From the NCBI GenBank assembly GCA_002633005.1, contig NMRA01000966.1, positions 1 to 64,000 of the forward strand: a stretch of 64,000 nucleotides of DNA, read 5' to 3'. This document shows positions 1 to 12,470 of the stretch, one piece after another. How positions within the stretch are numbered: the first letter of the stretch is position 1; every line of letters starts with the position of its first letter. The position numbers and the translations under genes are program-made. Origin of the DNA: Phoronis australis. Lineage: Eukaryota > Animalia > Phoronida. The notes under the pieces are model-generated. The model searched no databases. It saw only the letters and a list, made by a program, of their open reading frames with translations, and was not told the origin of the DNA.

Positions 1-1644
1 ATACAATAGGCTTCCAGCAGATCACGAGATCACGGCTGTTCAAAGAATTGACTAGCGACAACCTTAAAAGAAAACGAAAACACCGAGACAGCGCAAACTC
101 ATAAAGAACGTAAAACAGGCATTTCAGGAGCTAGTCTACTATTTATATGCTTAATTTTCCACTTCTTACTTAATATATACTTAACCAATTACAATCCCAT
201 TCATGTCGACTGTTTTCATTTCATTGGGTCATATATTCGCTACAGTTACAGGATTCCGATAGTTCTTACTGGTCTCTGCTTATGGATGTCATACACTTCT
301 GCTAAAATTTTAAGTATGAACAGTCACGAGTTTACTCAAGTGTCATTATGTGTACAGAAATTTTGTTGAAGAATTACAGTCTATCAAAAAAACTATTGTC
401 CACCATTGAAATGACATTCTGAAGAGGGGAAAACATAACAAAATAAAATATGGTAACACCAAACACAACACTTACTTGTTGTAATAATGCCTTAAACGGG
501 AACGTACTGACCGTCTTGCATGAACAGAATGTTAGTTGAACGACATCTTAGTTGAACAAAACTGTCTCGAATGAAATTTTCATGGTTTACAGATTCACAA
601 AGATCCACATTAGAGTTCTGTATATAAAACCAGCAGAATATATGCCCAGTTTGCGTATCTTATATTTTTTCCCAAAAATATACCTGGGATGCATATCTGA
701 GAACAAAGGTGCATGGTTGAAATCTAAAAACAGTGCTATTCTCACTAGGATATATTTAGAACGAGCTACAGTATTTATATGTGCGTTCATGTATTTGGCA
801 TTGCTGAGTATAGGACCGGCCAGATTGCTACATCTGACTTTTTGTCTCCTGAATTTTTATTCGAAAATCTATGATAATATTTCCCAAAATTATTTACTCT
901 TGCTGTAGCTAGTGCATCTGGCCACCTGGGGTATATACATGTAATAATAGAACTGCAATAATTAACAATGTAACAGTCATCTCTTTCAAGTCAAACACAA
1001 TGAAATACACTTACAACTGAAATGCTCCTAAAGCTATCTTAAGGTTATACAAAAAGCATGGTCTCTAGTTGGAGATCAAGCTTCTTTTTTGTCTCAAAAC
1101 TATCGCATGAAGGTGGTGACACGGACAAGAAGACAGGTCCTGTGGAAGCTCGATATGGAACCCTGGGTCAAAAACACAATGAGGTTCCAGGCGCGTTGCA
1201 TCAGACTGCGGGTCCTGTATTCTTGTCCAGGCTACTCCTAGGAACGCTACCAAATCTGATTCATCTGGCTCGTCACTTTTCAAAATTGATGGAGAATGTT
1301 TTTAGTCACCACAGACAGATTGCCACGGGGTCCCAGTGTCCTTGTCCGGATTCATATTAATATCAAGACATGATGGAGTCGAGGGTTTGTAACTCGGACA
1401 GTAAAACTCGCAAATTAACATGAGTAGGTCGGCTTCGTTTTTAGTATTCCCACTACTTCGAACCTTATGTGAGTACCAAACTTCGCTTTTAAATCCTGTA
1501 ACTATTTTAAGCGAAGTTTAACAGATTAACTCCCAGAGTTAACCTTTTCCACTTACCAAAACTTTGGTAAAAGCAAAGTTTCACTTGTAGTGGGATGCGA
1601 TTTATACCAACCACCACAGATTTAAGTGAGCTAGTCAGTCACAA

Positions 1645-2083
1645 GGCCCATACTGGCTTCGGTAGTTTAATGAACATCAAAGTATAGCGGTTGGTGCTGC
1701 TGTCGTCATGGAAGTTATTGCAAGGTAGCGTTGCACGCTAAGATTTTTTTTTCAATGTTTTAATTTGGAAACATTTACATGTGCTAAGTGACATTAAACT
1801 TATTCTTAAATTGACTGATTATTATTAGAGCAAAATGTAAGCAGCTTTTAGTGACGGCTCTACCATTAACTGTTGACGATAACAGTGGCACTTGGCGATA
1901 ACTCCGATTGGACCAAAGTTAAGCGTTCATACTGCACCACAGCGTCGACGCTGCGCTATTAAATCCAAATGTTAACTGCGATGTTAACTGGAGCTGTTAA
2001 CTGCGATCCATGACCGGAGTTAAGCTTTCATACTGACCGCAACTCCCCAAACCATCCCCGTATCAACGTTAGTATGAAAAGCC
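1645..2083 (+). mobile_element. Harbinger/PIF-like MITE, family A copy 1 (internally deleted near left end)
   Basis: Near-identical to the reverse complement of 13831-14269 and related to 20371-21157; ends GTTAGTATGAAAAGCC. Confidence 0.7.
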
Positions 2084-2085
2084 CC

Positions 2086-2490
2086 ACAGATGAAGTGAGC
2101 TTAAGTGCCTACTCCTGGACTTGGCCCAATGTGTATTGGATGAGATAATTGCAGTGGTAAACCAAGAGTGCCTGTTTAGTGTACCAGTTTCTTTCAAAGT
2201 CCAATAAAGGAACAATAAGTAACTTAAAGGCAAACGTTCAACATGATTGTTTTTAAAATTGAAAACTGAATATTAGCCATTTTCTAATTTTTAAAATTGA
2301 TGCATAGGAGAAATTGGCAAATAGGTTACCTTCACCAGCGTGAATCAATTTGTGAATGGATTAGGACGGGTTAGTCACAGTCTCGCTTATTCATTGAGGT
2401 AACAAAACTCCAAATGTTGGGGTAGGAGTTAACACCCCTAACAACTATTCCAAATTGGAGATGAATAATATTTAACCTTAGAATATCTGA
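2086..2490 (+). repeat. Dispersed repeat family B (unclassified)
   Basis: Aligns by eye with about 36090-36550 (+) and about 17100-17560 (-), e.g. gatgagataattgcagt..aaaccaa and tttttaaaattgatgcat. Confidence 0.75.
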
Positions 2491-2495
2491 GTACG

Positions 2496-3019
2496 CAGTG
2501 GCGGATCTAGGATGTCACAAGGGGAGGCCCATCATTTTGTCTGTAAACATTGTAGATGCGCATAGTACCGAATGGGGGGAGGTCGGGAGGGGGGTTTGAC
2601 AATGAGAGAATTATGAGTTTCTGAGTGATTCACTTAGGCTTCAATTAAAATTCACATCTTACCAGCAGCTTCTGTTTTTTCACCATCACTCATATTCCAT
2701 TTTCTTTAAAAAATGAAATTCATTGCACAGTGAAGCAGACGACGGAAACGGAGCGGTAGTGCCCAGCGCCACTGCCGGTCGCCTGAGATACCGCGGGAGA
2801 ACCTATACTTAGCCATAGTTCCGTTACGATTGCGCCGTGTTCTGAATTTTACACTTGAAATTGGATCTGAGCCCCCCTCCCCCAAACACTAAAACTGCAC
2901 TCATTTAAATCTTGTTTCAGCCTTATAATTTTAATTACTGGGGTTAATTAATAAACTCAATACTTCCCTACGCTCTTGCTGTTTTATTTTTTTGCGGCAG
3001 CCAAGGGGGGCTGCCTATG
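2496..3019. mobile_element. Non-autonomous hAT-like DNA transposon with 5-bp TSD (family C)
   Basis: Ends CAGTGGCGGATC...GCTGCCTATG. GTACG is duplicated at 2491-2495 and 3020-3024. Partial relatives at about 27700-27950 (-) and about 58769-59044 (+). Confidence 0.7.
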
Positions 3020-3957
3020 GTACGGTACTGACTACTATGGGCTGTGCTGTCTCTGGTCATTGTCGAGGAAAACTGCCCGAAGATCTGTTCTTGACTTAGT
3101 TTTCTGACTTTTTGCCTCACAGACCCTACTTTTTCTTACTTTTTGTAAAAAATTAGTCTTGTTTTTTGCAGTTTTTGTTTCCTGAATTTGCTTGAAAGCC
3201 TGTATTGGTGAATGGACTTGCAAGATATTTTGTTGCTTTTTTGACCTAGTGCGTAGAGCAACTCTTATCGTGATGTTGTTAATTAAGATTCAGCTAGAAT
3301 TAAATGAGGTTCTAGCTATAAAGAAATGAATATTTTGCTGTGGTTTTGTGCATTGAAACTTCGTTGCATTTCGATGTTATAGCTTTTTGATGTCATCCAT
3401 TGACATGATGACTAATGTTACACAAATTTGGTTGAAGCTGGTCATTAGGTACATCTAATCAACAACCATAAGCTGAGAAAGCCAATAAATGTGATATACC
3501 TGTAACGAGGCATTAGCGTTAGGGTGCCTCGACTATACAATAACCTCTACGTAAATCTTGGGAATGGGTGAGATGCAATATTAGTATATCAAATGCTCAA
3601 CATGAGCCTTTGAAAGTCAATGATGTTCCAATACCATATCATAATATTCCCATACCCATCATCAATTTTAATAGATATTTGTAAAGTAGTGTTATTACCT
3701 TTTTTGTCAAAGGGTGAATGCCTCAAACTTGGTCATCCTTCCCTACAACATGTGGTATCTTCATGCCAAATTTGGGGACCTTTGGTCACATCTGTGTTCT
3801 TTTCCCTTATTCCCAGCTTTGCTGTCATGACACTGATGCAAGACTCGTTTCCACCACCTCAATGCATTTAATAACATACATGGGTAGTCAAATTGCTTTT
3901 CACACAATCTCCTATTGATTCTGTTATGAAATTGTTAAGTGCTTGTAGAGTAATAGC

Positions 3958-4990
3958 TATGCGCCCACATATTTATATGTGGACGCATTATGCTGTCATC
4001 TCCGTCCGTCCGTCCAGCGTCCGTCCGTTCGGCGTCCAGCGTCCGCTGCTCTATCTCCAAAACCTTTTGACATACAATCATGAAATTTGGCACATATGTT
4101 CCATTCATAAATAGGCTTTCTTACAGAGCTAACTACCGGTGTGCCCCCTAGTGTATCTTCAAAAGTCCTTAACGGATTTTCATGAAATTTAGTGTTGGCA
4201 CCTATTGGTGAGATGACATTATCCTCCTGTTTTTGGATAGATTCGACGTAGTTTGCGCCACCTAGTGGCCATTTTTACTGTTTTCGAGTCTTCAACCAAA
4301 CCTCTCAAAGATTGATTTTAAAAATTGGCTTGTATGTTCTTACTATGAAGAGGACGTCTGACGATTTTCCGATGATTTCAATTACTGTGGCAGTTTTGTT
4401 TTTTTTGCGCCTATGGCTGTATCTCCTAAACCGTATGCAGGATCTTTACGAAATTTAATAAGTGTATTTATATGATGTTAACAACAGACGATGACGACTT
4501 TTGGACGGATCCGCCTACCAGTGTGCCCTCTAGTAGCAATTTTATTTTTTTACGTTTACCTCTGTATCTTCAAGTCCTTAACGGATTTTCATGAAATTTG
4601 GTATGTAGGCACCTATTAGTGCGATGACGCTATCCTCCCGTTTTCGGATGGATTCGACTTAGTTTGTGACACCCAGTGGCCATTTTTACTGTTTTTGAGC
4701 CTGTTTTTTGGCGTCCACCCCTCTATCAACCAAACCGCTCTAAGTATGATTGTGAAAATTGGCATGTATGTTCTTACTATGAAGAGGACGGTTGACGCTG
4801 AATTTCCCATGACTTTGATTACTGTGGCACCTCCTAGTGGCAGTTTTTTTTTGCGCCCATGGCTGTATCTCCCAAACCGTTTGCAGGATCTTTACTAAAT
4901 TTAGCAAGTGTTTTTATGTGATGTTGACAACGGACGATGACGACTTTAGGATGATTCTGACTACCGGTATGCCTCTAGTGGCAATTTTAG
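3958..4990 (+). mobile_element. Helentron/HINE (DINE-1)-like repeat with about 440-bp internal tandem units (family D)
   Basis: 5' hairpin atgcgcccacatat...atatgtggacgcat, a (GTCC)n-type microsatellite at about 4002-4045, then tandem units with recurring cctagtggc. Homologous to 11758-12470 and 37850-39230. Confidence 0.6.
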
Positions 4991-5898
4991 TATTTTACAT
5001 TGACCTCTGTATTTACATAGGTCTTCAGGTGTTTACTTTGTGTTACTTCGTGACTATGAAGGAAAAGTTCCAAGTAGAAATTTGTTTCTGGCATTCGAAT
5101 GCTGTGCTAATCTCGTATGTTGGTAAATTTGTTTTTAATTCTATGTTTCTGTGGTGCTTTAAGCAACTAATGTATAGGATGTGCTTGTATTATGACGATC
5201 ACTCACATTTTGCCCCTAGCCTATTGAGGAGACAATGTCCATGCCTTTCCGTTTTGCAATGTACAACATACTACATATATGCCCTCTACTGGCCACTTTA
5301 TGGTACCAATAAACAACCCTAGAAGGATACCATATACGCTGCAATTGTGGGTGCATTTCAACGCTCTGCATTGCTCTTGTTAAAGAAAAAACATATCCGT
5401 CAGCCTGTTCAGCTCTGCTATAGGGGATCATTATCTCTAATCTGATTTTGTATACCTTACCCTATTGTGCCTGCATTGACTTTCATAATAAAGGGCTATT
5501 GTGGAGATGTTTAAACTGTAGGCTTGGGTAACAATAGGCATTCCTCTGCCTGTTACTAAAGACCAAGCTACACCACAAGGGAAAGCACTACTTTCAGCCT
5601 TTAGCTGGCCAAGCTTAGATATCTATGTCCATTTCAGTTGGCAGTGTTTTCGAAGAACTTCGGCCCAAGTATAAATATTACACTTCATTTCCCTCTGATA
5701 ACATGAAGCGCGCTTATCCCGAGTAAGAGATGATGGCTGTTGGAAGTTTAAACATTTGAAATGTTCGTTGTAAAAGGATGTTTCACGAATACCATAATCA
5801 TAGCTAGGGCCAAAACAGAGCAGTATTTTTAAAGTCATAAGTTTTTTACTATTCAAAGGCCACCTATTCTGATAGTGTTTTTGAATTCCAAGTTCGTA

Positions 5899-6288
5899 NN
5901 NNNNNNNNNNNNNNNNNNNNNNNNNNNNNNNNNNNNNNNNNNNNNNNNNNNNNNNNNNNNNNNNNNNNNNNNNNNNNNNNNNNNNNNNNNNNNNNNNNNN
6001 NNNNNNNNNNNNNNNNNNNNNNNNNNNNNNNNNNNNNNNNNNNNNNNNNNNNNNNNNNNNNNNNNNNNNNNNNNNNNNNNNNNNNNNNNNNNNNNNNNNN
6101 NNNNNNNNNNNNNNNNNNNNNNNNNNNNNNNNNNNNNNNNNNNNNNNNNNNNNNNNNNNNNNNNNNNNNNNNNNNNNNNNNNNNNNNNNNNNNNNNNNNN
6201 NNNNNNNNNNNNNNNNNNNNNNNNNNNNNNNNNNNNNNNNNNNNNNNNNNNNNNNNNNNNNNNNNNNNNNNNNNNNNNNNNNNNNNNN
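5899..6288. other. Assembly gap (390 N)
   Basis: Run of N; repeat sequence follows on the right. Confidence 0.99.
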
Positions 6289-6527
6289 TCGCCATATCGA
6301 AGACGGCGATTTCGAGGCAGTCAGTCGGCGAGTTTTCGCCCTGGAATTTCAGCACAATTTTCTGTAAAATGGTCGTAATTTAGCTGCAAAGTTTGATAGC
6401 AATGCACCACAGTTTTGTTGAAAGTCTTTCATAGATTACATATACGTCACAGAGCGTAAATTTTATGAATCTTAGCTTCCGATTTCACCCGTTTCGGAGA
6501 CCGGGTTTCAACCGCCTTGGGTTACAA
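6289..6527 (+). repeat. Dispersed repeat family E terminal segment
   Basis: Closely matches about 10048-10281 (atacgtcacagagcgtaaattttatgaatc). About 9555-9800 likewise matches about 12795-13020. Confidence 0.75.
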
Positions 6528-7254
6528 TATCTGAAACTTCTATTCTGGTGTCTGCTCAAGGCCTAGTTAATGCTTACGTAATACTGCACAAGCGATTTGT
6601 GTGGTTGGCTGGCTCACTATAGGGCTATTGTTAGGACGGCTTTGTCATGAGCGACCGCGGGCAACTGGGATAGCGAAGCGGTCGCTCGCTGAGAGGGCTG
6701 ACCCTCATGCAAAAGCAAAAACAAACTTGTCAGTCGTGCTGTGATGCAATCTTAACATGGATTTGATGAATGTATGGTGGTTGATTATTCATCCATATTT
6801 CTAATTCATATTCGTTTAAAAGTGCAAATATGTACTCATTTTTTATATGAAAACATGCGAGCAGTTTCGCATGCTCATGAAATCCAAACAAAGTGTTTCA
6901 GTATCTGGGCACTGTTTTCGGTATAAGTACACCACTCAGTGCATCTTATAACAGAAGTACTTTTGGACGAGGTGTGCTGCCCGAAAAATTGGAATACATA
7001 CCCGTTTAGAGAGTGGGCTCGGACAAAAAGGTGACCAATTTAGAGACTAATTTGTGTAAAAATTCACATTTTGCACAGTTCTGTTCCAGAAATTCAGAAA
7101 ACGCACCATTTTAGATAGTATTTTGTTCAAAATGCCACCATCTTGGAGACTATTTTTTGCTGTGCAAAAACACCCTTTTGGGCTGCACTTTTCGTACACC
7201 TCTTCTATAGGAATGCCCGCCTGGCTGACATGGCATAAATCTGGCTACCCATTA

Positions 7255-7350
7255 TCATTTTTATTACTATTACATTACTATTACTGCTATTACTATTATT
7301 ACTACTTCCACTACTATTACTCGTTATCGGCATCGTTATCATCATTATTA
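7255..7350 (+). repeat. Degenerate (TAT/TAC)n microsatellite
   Basis: ttattactattacattactattactgctattactattattactac. Confidence 0.85.
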
Positions 7351-7829
7351 ATATTTTTGAATTTATTTAATAAGGACACAGTGCAATATTAATAACACAT
7401 GTTTTAGCAAAGTGCTAATTCATCATGGTTTTCAAAGATTTTAAAATCATCTCATTTATGGTTCACTGTTTGTACCGGGCATCTGATAATGGACGGCTAG
7501 TGCTTAAACGGAGAAACGTCATGAGAGCTGTGGATGCAGAGAAAGCCTACTTTTTGGAAACGAGGAGGTTGAGATTAAAAATCTTGTTTAAACGTGAGCC
7601 ATTTCAAAAATTAATTATTTATGATCTATCGGCAGGCACAGTATCGTTTGTTTATATAACTTTATCCTTCTTTAGTTTGCCACAAAGAACTGAATTCAGG
7701 GGGTAATCTTTTAATTGCGGCTTACATCTAAACATGAGGATACCCACTGTGTTATCATTTGTGCTCCTCGAAACATTTCAGGAAAATGAAGTTGTGTACT
7801 CTTTGGCTATTTATTATATAATTGAAAAT

Positions 7830-8330
7830 AGTGTTTTAAAGGCCTTGGGCAACATCAAATTAAAATCTAGCGTAGGATTTGATAGCATTTCTACCAAACT
7901 CATCAAGTTGATCATTCTGATCATTGCAAAATCACAAATTACCTTCAATCAGTGTTTTGACACAGATAATTTTACATCTGGTTTGAAAATTAGGCCTATA
8001 AACAAAAATGGCTTAACTTAAACACAATATAAACAACTACATGTCTACTTCTTGCCTTCTTAAAACTATGTGAACAAATTACTCATGACCAACTTGATGA
8101 CTACCTCTACAAACAATCGGTTATTAGAACGTCAGTGTGGTTTTCAAAAATTACGGTTCTGCAGAATTTTAAACACCCGAACTAAATGACATCTAGGCAA
8201 GACGATAAACCTAACTACCATCTTTTTAGACCTTTCAACCTTTGATACAGGAGGCCATTGTGTCATGCTAGACAAACTTTTAATTTACGAAATTGAACAT
8301 TTATTTTTCATAAATTATTTAACCACCTTA
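7830..8330 (+). mobile_element. Decayed LINE (CR1/L2-type) reverse transcriptase fragment, 5' part
   Basis: VLKALGNIKLKSSVGFDSISTKLIKL, then IFLDLS.FDT-like and LDKL-like remnants with frameshifts. Confidence 0.7.
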
Positions 8331-8570
8331 TGATACAATATAATTGCATGCGGTCTGATACACATTGTACCAGACGTGCGTAGGTAGCATTTGTGGGCCC
8401 ATCACACTGATCACCTGGAACCATTTTTATGCTTTTAATATATAATTAAAACCGAGCTGAGTAGCTACAAACCTGACTCAAGGGTTTAGCAGTGTGATCC
8501 AGTGGGACTCGAACCCACGACCTCGAATAAAAAAGCGGGCACCTATCATTCTAGGCTATACTGCCTCTTC
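8331..8570 (-). mobile_element. tRNA-derived SINE with 13-bp TSD
   Basis: Minus-strand head gaggcagtaTAGCCTAGAATGA (A-box-like)...GGTTCGAGTCCC (B box). TTTAACCACCTTA is duplicated at 8318-8330 and 8571-8583. Confidence 0.85.
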
Positions 8571-10689
8571 TTTAACCACCTTAGGCACTACCTCTGATTT
8601 CCCAATCAGTAACTATGAATACTTGTGAGATTACACAACACCTGGACTTTTATGACTAGCTTTTTTGTTCGCGGATTTAGGATCGGGTATGGCCGGTGTC
8701 AGAGATGACTGCCTGTTCATGGCAACAATCTTTCCCGGCCGTTTTAGAAGCTGCAGACCATAAAACCTAGATCCATCTGTGAAAATTGAACTTTTTCATT
8801 GTTTCATGGGCAACTCCAACAGAAAAAATAGAAACATGCTATGAGCAGTCCCACTAAATAAGATTGGTCCTAACCCCGGTCGTCAAGGTAAACGGTGGGG
8901 TATGGAAAATTGAACTAGACCATATTTATCCACCTTGGCTGAGTCGCGCTCGGCTCACGATCAAAGGGATGCCGCCAAGCTGCTCTATTCATCGAGTCAC
9001 GAGCGAGGATAATTGGCTTCGCTCATGCGGATATGATCAGCTGATTACAATCTACCTAGCAGACTGTACTTTTTATGAAGAGAGTTGCAAGTAGTTTTTA
9101 TTGTAATATTTGAAAAGAGGAGCGAAAACAAGTATGAGTACAACTTTGAATTTTTCAAAGCGGCCCAGGATAAGAGATTTTGCAACACAAGAACACTCAC
9201 GATTACTTTCAATCGGTGCGCACGAATACAAAAATATAGGACCCAAGTTATTTAGATTTTGGAACACATGCATTGCAATATTCAAAATACGTTTATTATG
9301 AATCTTACAAACTGTAGAACGATGTTGTTTAATTTCATTGTGCTCATTCATTGTCATCAGTCAAATCGGCAATTTCCGAGATGTGATCTGCGGCGTGCGC
9401 GTATGTGTACAAAACACGTGATTGTTATGTTCCTGAAGTACGAAAATTAAGAAACTTTAGCATGCCGTTATTATTGACAGGGACACGATAAAACGAATTT
9501 GTATTTTGACTACAGTCTTGATACAGCGAGCTAGCTGACCACTGCGTCAGTGTCTCCGTTAGACCCAGAAATTTCACACAGCCCGGGTAGTTCACTTCGT
9601 CCCCAACATGTAGATCGAGCCTTGGATTATTACTCCACGGTAGAGCTAACGACCGTCGGCCTGTGCACACAAAATCTGTGAGTTAACCAGCACTCAACTT
9701 GCACTTTGCAGCCGTTTAAATGAAAAAACAATCTAGTAAACACCATTTTCCTGCATAATCCTCCGCCTTTTGTAACAAAAAAGTCTATCGTCGATGACCC
9801 ACACACGCACGCTCCGGCACTCACTCTCATACGCAGACGAACTTCAAAACAACCGTCACGTGACAACAACATGTGTGTTCATCCAGAGATTTTTCTCGTG
9901 TTGTGGGGTACGATGTAGCGAAGATTTGCACTTAATCGGAATTAATCTGGACTCCACATGAACTTTAAAAGTTGTAGAACATCAGGAAGATTTCAGGTAA
10001 ATTGTTGAGTCGAAACTATATTTTTATTCAAGGGTTCAAGTTTTCCTATTGACGATGGAGATTCAGCGGCGACGCATCAGTCGGCAAGTTTTCGCCCTGT
10101 GATGAGCACAATTTTTTGAAAAATTATCGTAATTTAACAAGGAAGTTCATAGCAATGCACCACAATTTTGTAGAAAGACTGTCATAGGCTAAAAATACGT
10201 CACAGAGCGTAAATTTTATGAATCCTAGCTTCCGATTTTACCCGTTTGGGAAACCGGCTTTCAACTGCCGTAGGCTACAATGAGAATCCCCTCCCTGTGA
10301 AATGAATTTTTCTAAGCGTTTATTAGAGCCAATACAGTATACAGCTTTCCACCAAGGCTAGGTGATGCTACAACATTATTCTTTGTTGTATTAGTAACTG
10401 GTCTTGGCTAATTATCATTTTATGGCCTGGTCATCCATTCAGCCAAAAGTAGTTCTAGAGGTGGCTTATCAGCCAATTATTCACGCATGCTGACTCACAA
10501 TAGAAGCCTGATAAGGGTGAAGGTGGATAAATGCAGTGTTCCTACAATTTCTTGTTTTAGTGGATGTGTTCACAACATGAATAATGTGCTTTGCAACTGC
10601 TGTTATTTTGTTGATATGCCCCAACCTCTATTGTGTAACTTGTCTGAGCAACACAATGGGCACATTGTGAATCGACAGGAATTCCCTTC

Positions 10690-11350
10690 CCAATAGTCAA
10701 CCATCAACACAGGTGTACCCAAGGACCTATTCTTCATCACTTCCTTTTTCTTATTTATATAAACAACTTCCACAAGTCTACTTGTCTTGAAACCCTTATG
10801 TATGCTGATGACACCTGTCTTACACATACAGCTTGGTCTTCAAAACCAATGAACAAAACTGAAATCAATAATAAGCTATCGGACATATTCACATGGTTAT
10901 AAATCAACAAACTGTTGCTAAATGTCACCAAGACTAAGTCGGTCTTGATGGCATTCTACTTCCCTCTGAAAAAATAAGTGGAAAATTAATTCCAAAGCTT
11001 ACTATAAATAATCAAAACCCACATTTCGTTAAAACATTTAAGTTGTGGGAATAACATTTGGGAACTGCTGATCCTGTTGTAGTGTACTTAGTGAACTCAA
11101 GAATCACCTGCTTTGATTTGCTCTCATAACAATTTACTTACTATGGGCTTCAAGAATGACAGCAGATGAACTATTCTTCAGAAATGGGCTTCAAGAATAA
11201 TCACCAATTTACACTAGTTCGCCCATACAAATTTCAAACAATACCTCTCGTTGAAGATATTCTTAATATATATCTTGCTTGAAAAAAATGTATTGCAAGT
11301 TTTTACACAATCAACTTCCACTTTACGTTCAAAGCATTTTCCATGATTTC
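10690..11350 (+). mobile_element. Decayed LINE reverse transcriptase fragment, 3' part
   Basis: GVPQG-like remnant at about 10712, YADDT at 10801-10815, NKLLLNVTKTK at about 10906-10938. Confidence 0.8.
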
Positions 11351-11474
11351 CTATCACAGCTAAAACAACAGACTATTTATAAATTTTCGTTTACAAAATC
11401 TCTTCGGAAACTTTGTGACATTTTGCGACTTCTATTACTTGAATACTTAACAATCAAGGCAACACCCACTCACA

Positions 11475-11548
11475 TGCTGCAATGTCAAGATACTGCTGCA
11501 CTGTCGAGATACTGCTGCACTGTCAAGATACTGCTGCACTGTCAAGAT
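11475..11548 (+). repeat. 19-bp minisatellite, about 3.5 copies
   Basis: tgtcaagatactgctgcac repeated from 11483, 11502, 11521 and 11540. Confidence 0.9.
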
Positions 11549-11757
11549 TATTACAAGAATATGAATGTAGACACTAACTCGATATACAGACAGTTAGTGA
11601 AGTTGCTTCTCCTGTAACTATGTCCACCATCAATACACTTCTAAGCTTAAGCACGGGTAACGGCTAGTGTATGGGAAATGCCGAGGGGAAGTGGCTACAC
11701 CTTCAAGTGAACATTAGTGTTCATCGCCAGAGACGGACATTTCTTAAAAAGACTGTT

Positions 11758-12470
11758 TTTATGCGCCCACAAATTTAGCAGTTTTTTTTTGCGTTCATGG
11801 CTGTGTCTCCTAAACTTTTTGCAGGATCTTTACTTAATTTAGCAAGTGTATTTATATGATGTTGACTACAGAAGACGACAACTTTCGGACAGATCTGACT
11901 ACTGCTGTGCCCCCTAGTGGCAATTTTAGTTTTTTATGTTTAACGCTGTATCTTCAAAGTTCCTCAACAGATTTTCATAAAATTGTAAATATAGGCATCT
12001 ATTGGTGTGATGTTGCTGTCTTTCTGTTTTTGGATGGAATCGAGGTATTTTGCACCACCTAGTGGCCTTTTTTGCTGGTTTCAAATCTTGTTTTTGGCGT
12101 CCACCCCTGTATCAACCAAATCATTTGAAAATTGACATATATGTTCTCAGTGTGAAGACGACCTTTGATGATTGTGACTGACTACTGTGGCGCCTCCTAG
12201 TGGTAGTTTTGTTTTGCACCCATAGTTGTATTTCCTAAACCCACTGCAGGATCTTTATTAAATTTAGTAAGTGTACTTATAAGAAGACAACATCAGACGA
12301 TGACGACTTTCAGGCGGATCCACTGTGCCCAGTGGCAATTTCATTTTATTCTGTTTTCCTTTGTTTCTCTGAAGTTCCTTGACAGATTTTTATGAAATAT
12401 GGTATTTTCCTGTTTTTGGATTGATTGTATGTTTTTGTGCCATCTAGTGGCCATTTTTATGATACCAATA
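11758..12470 (+). mobile_element. Family D (Helentron-like) copy
   Basis: Starts tttatgcgcccac; same unit sequence as 3958-4990. Confidence 0.65.

Noticed and set aside
552-1360. ORFs of 100-118 aa at the window start
   Set aside because: They have no recognisable domain and no convincing splice context.
5864-6378. 163/167-aa ORFs
   Set aside because: They are artefacts of translating through the N gap.
8490-8570. tRNA gene on the minus strand
   Set aside because: A/B boxes are present, but the anticodon arm is degenerate and the unit is bounded by a 13-bp TSD with a non-tRNA body. It is a SINE head.
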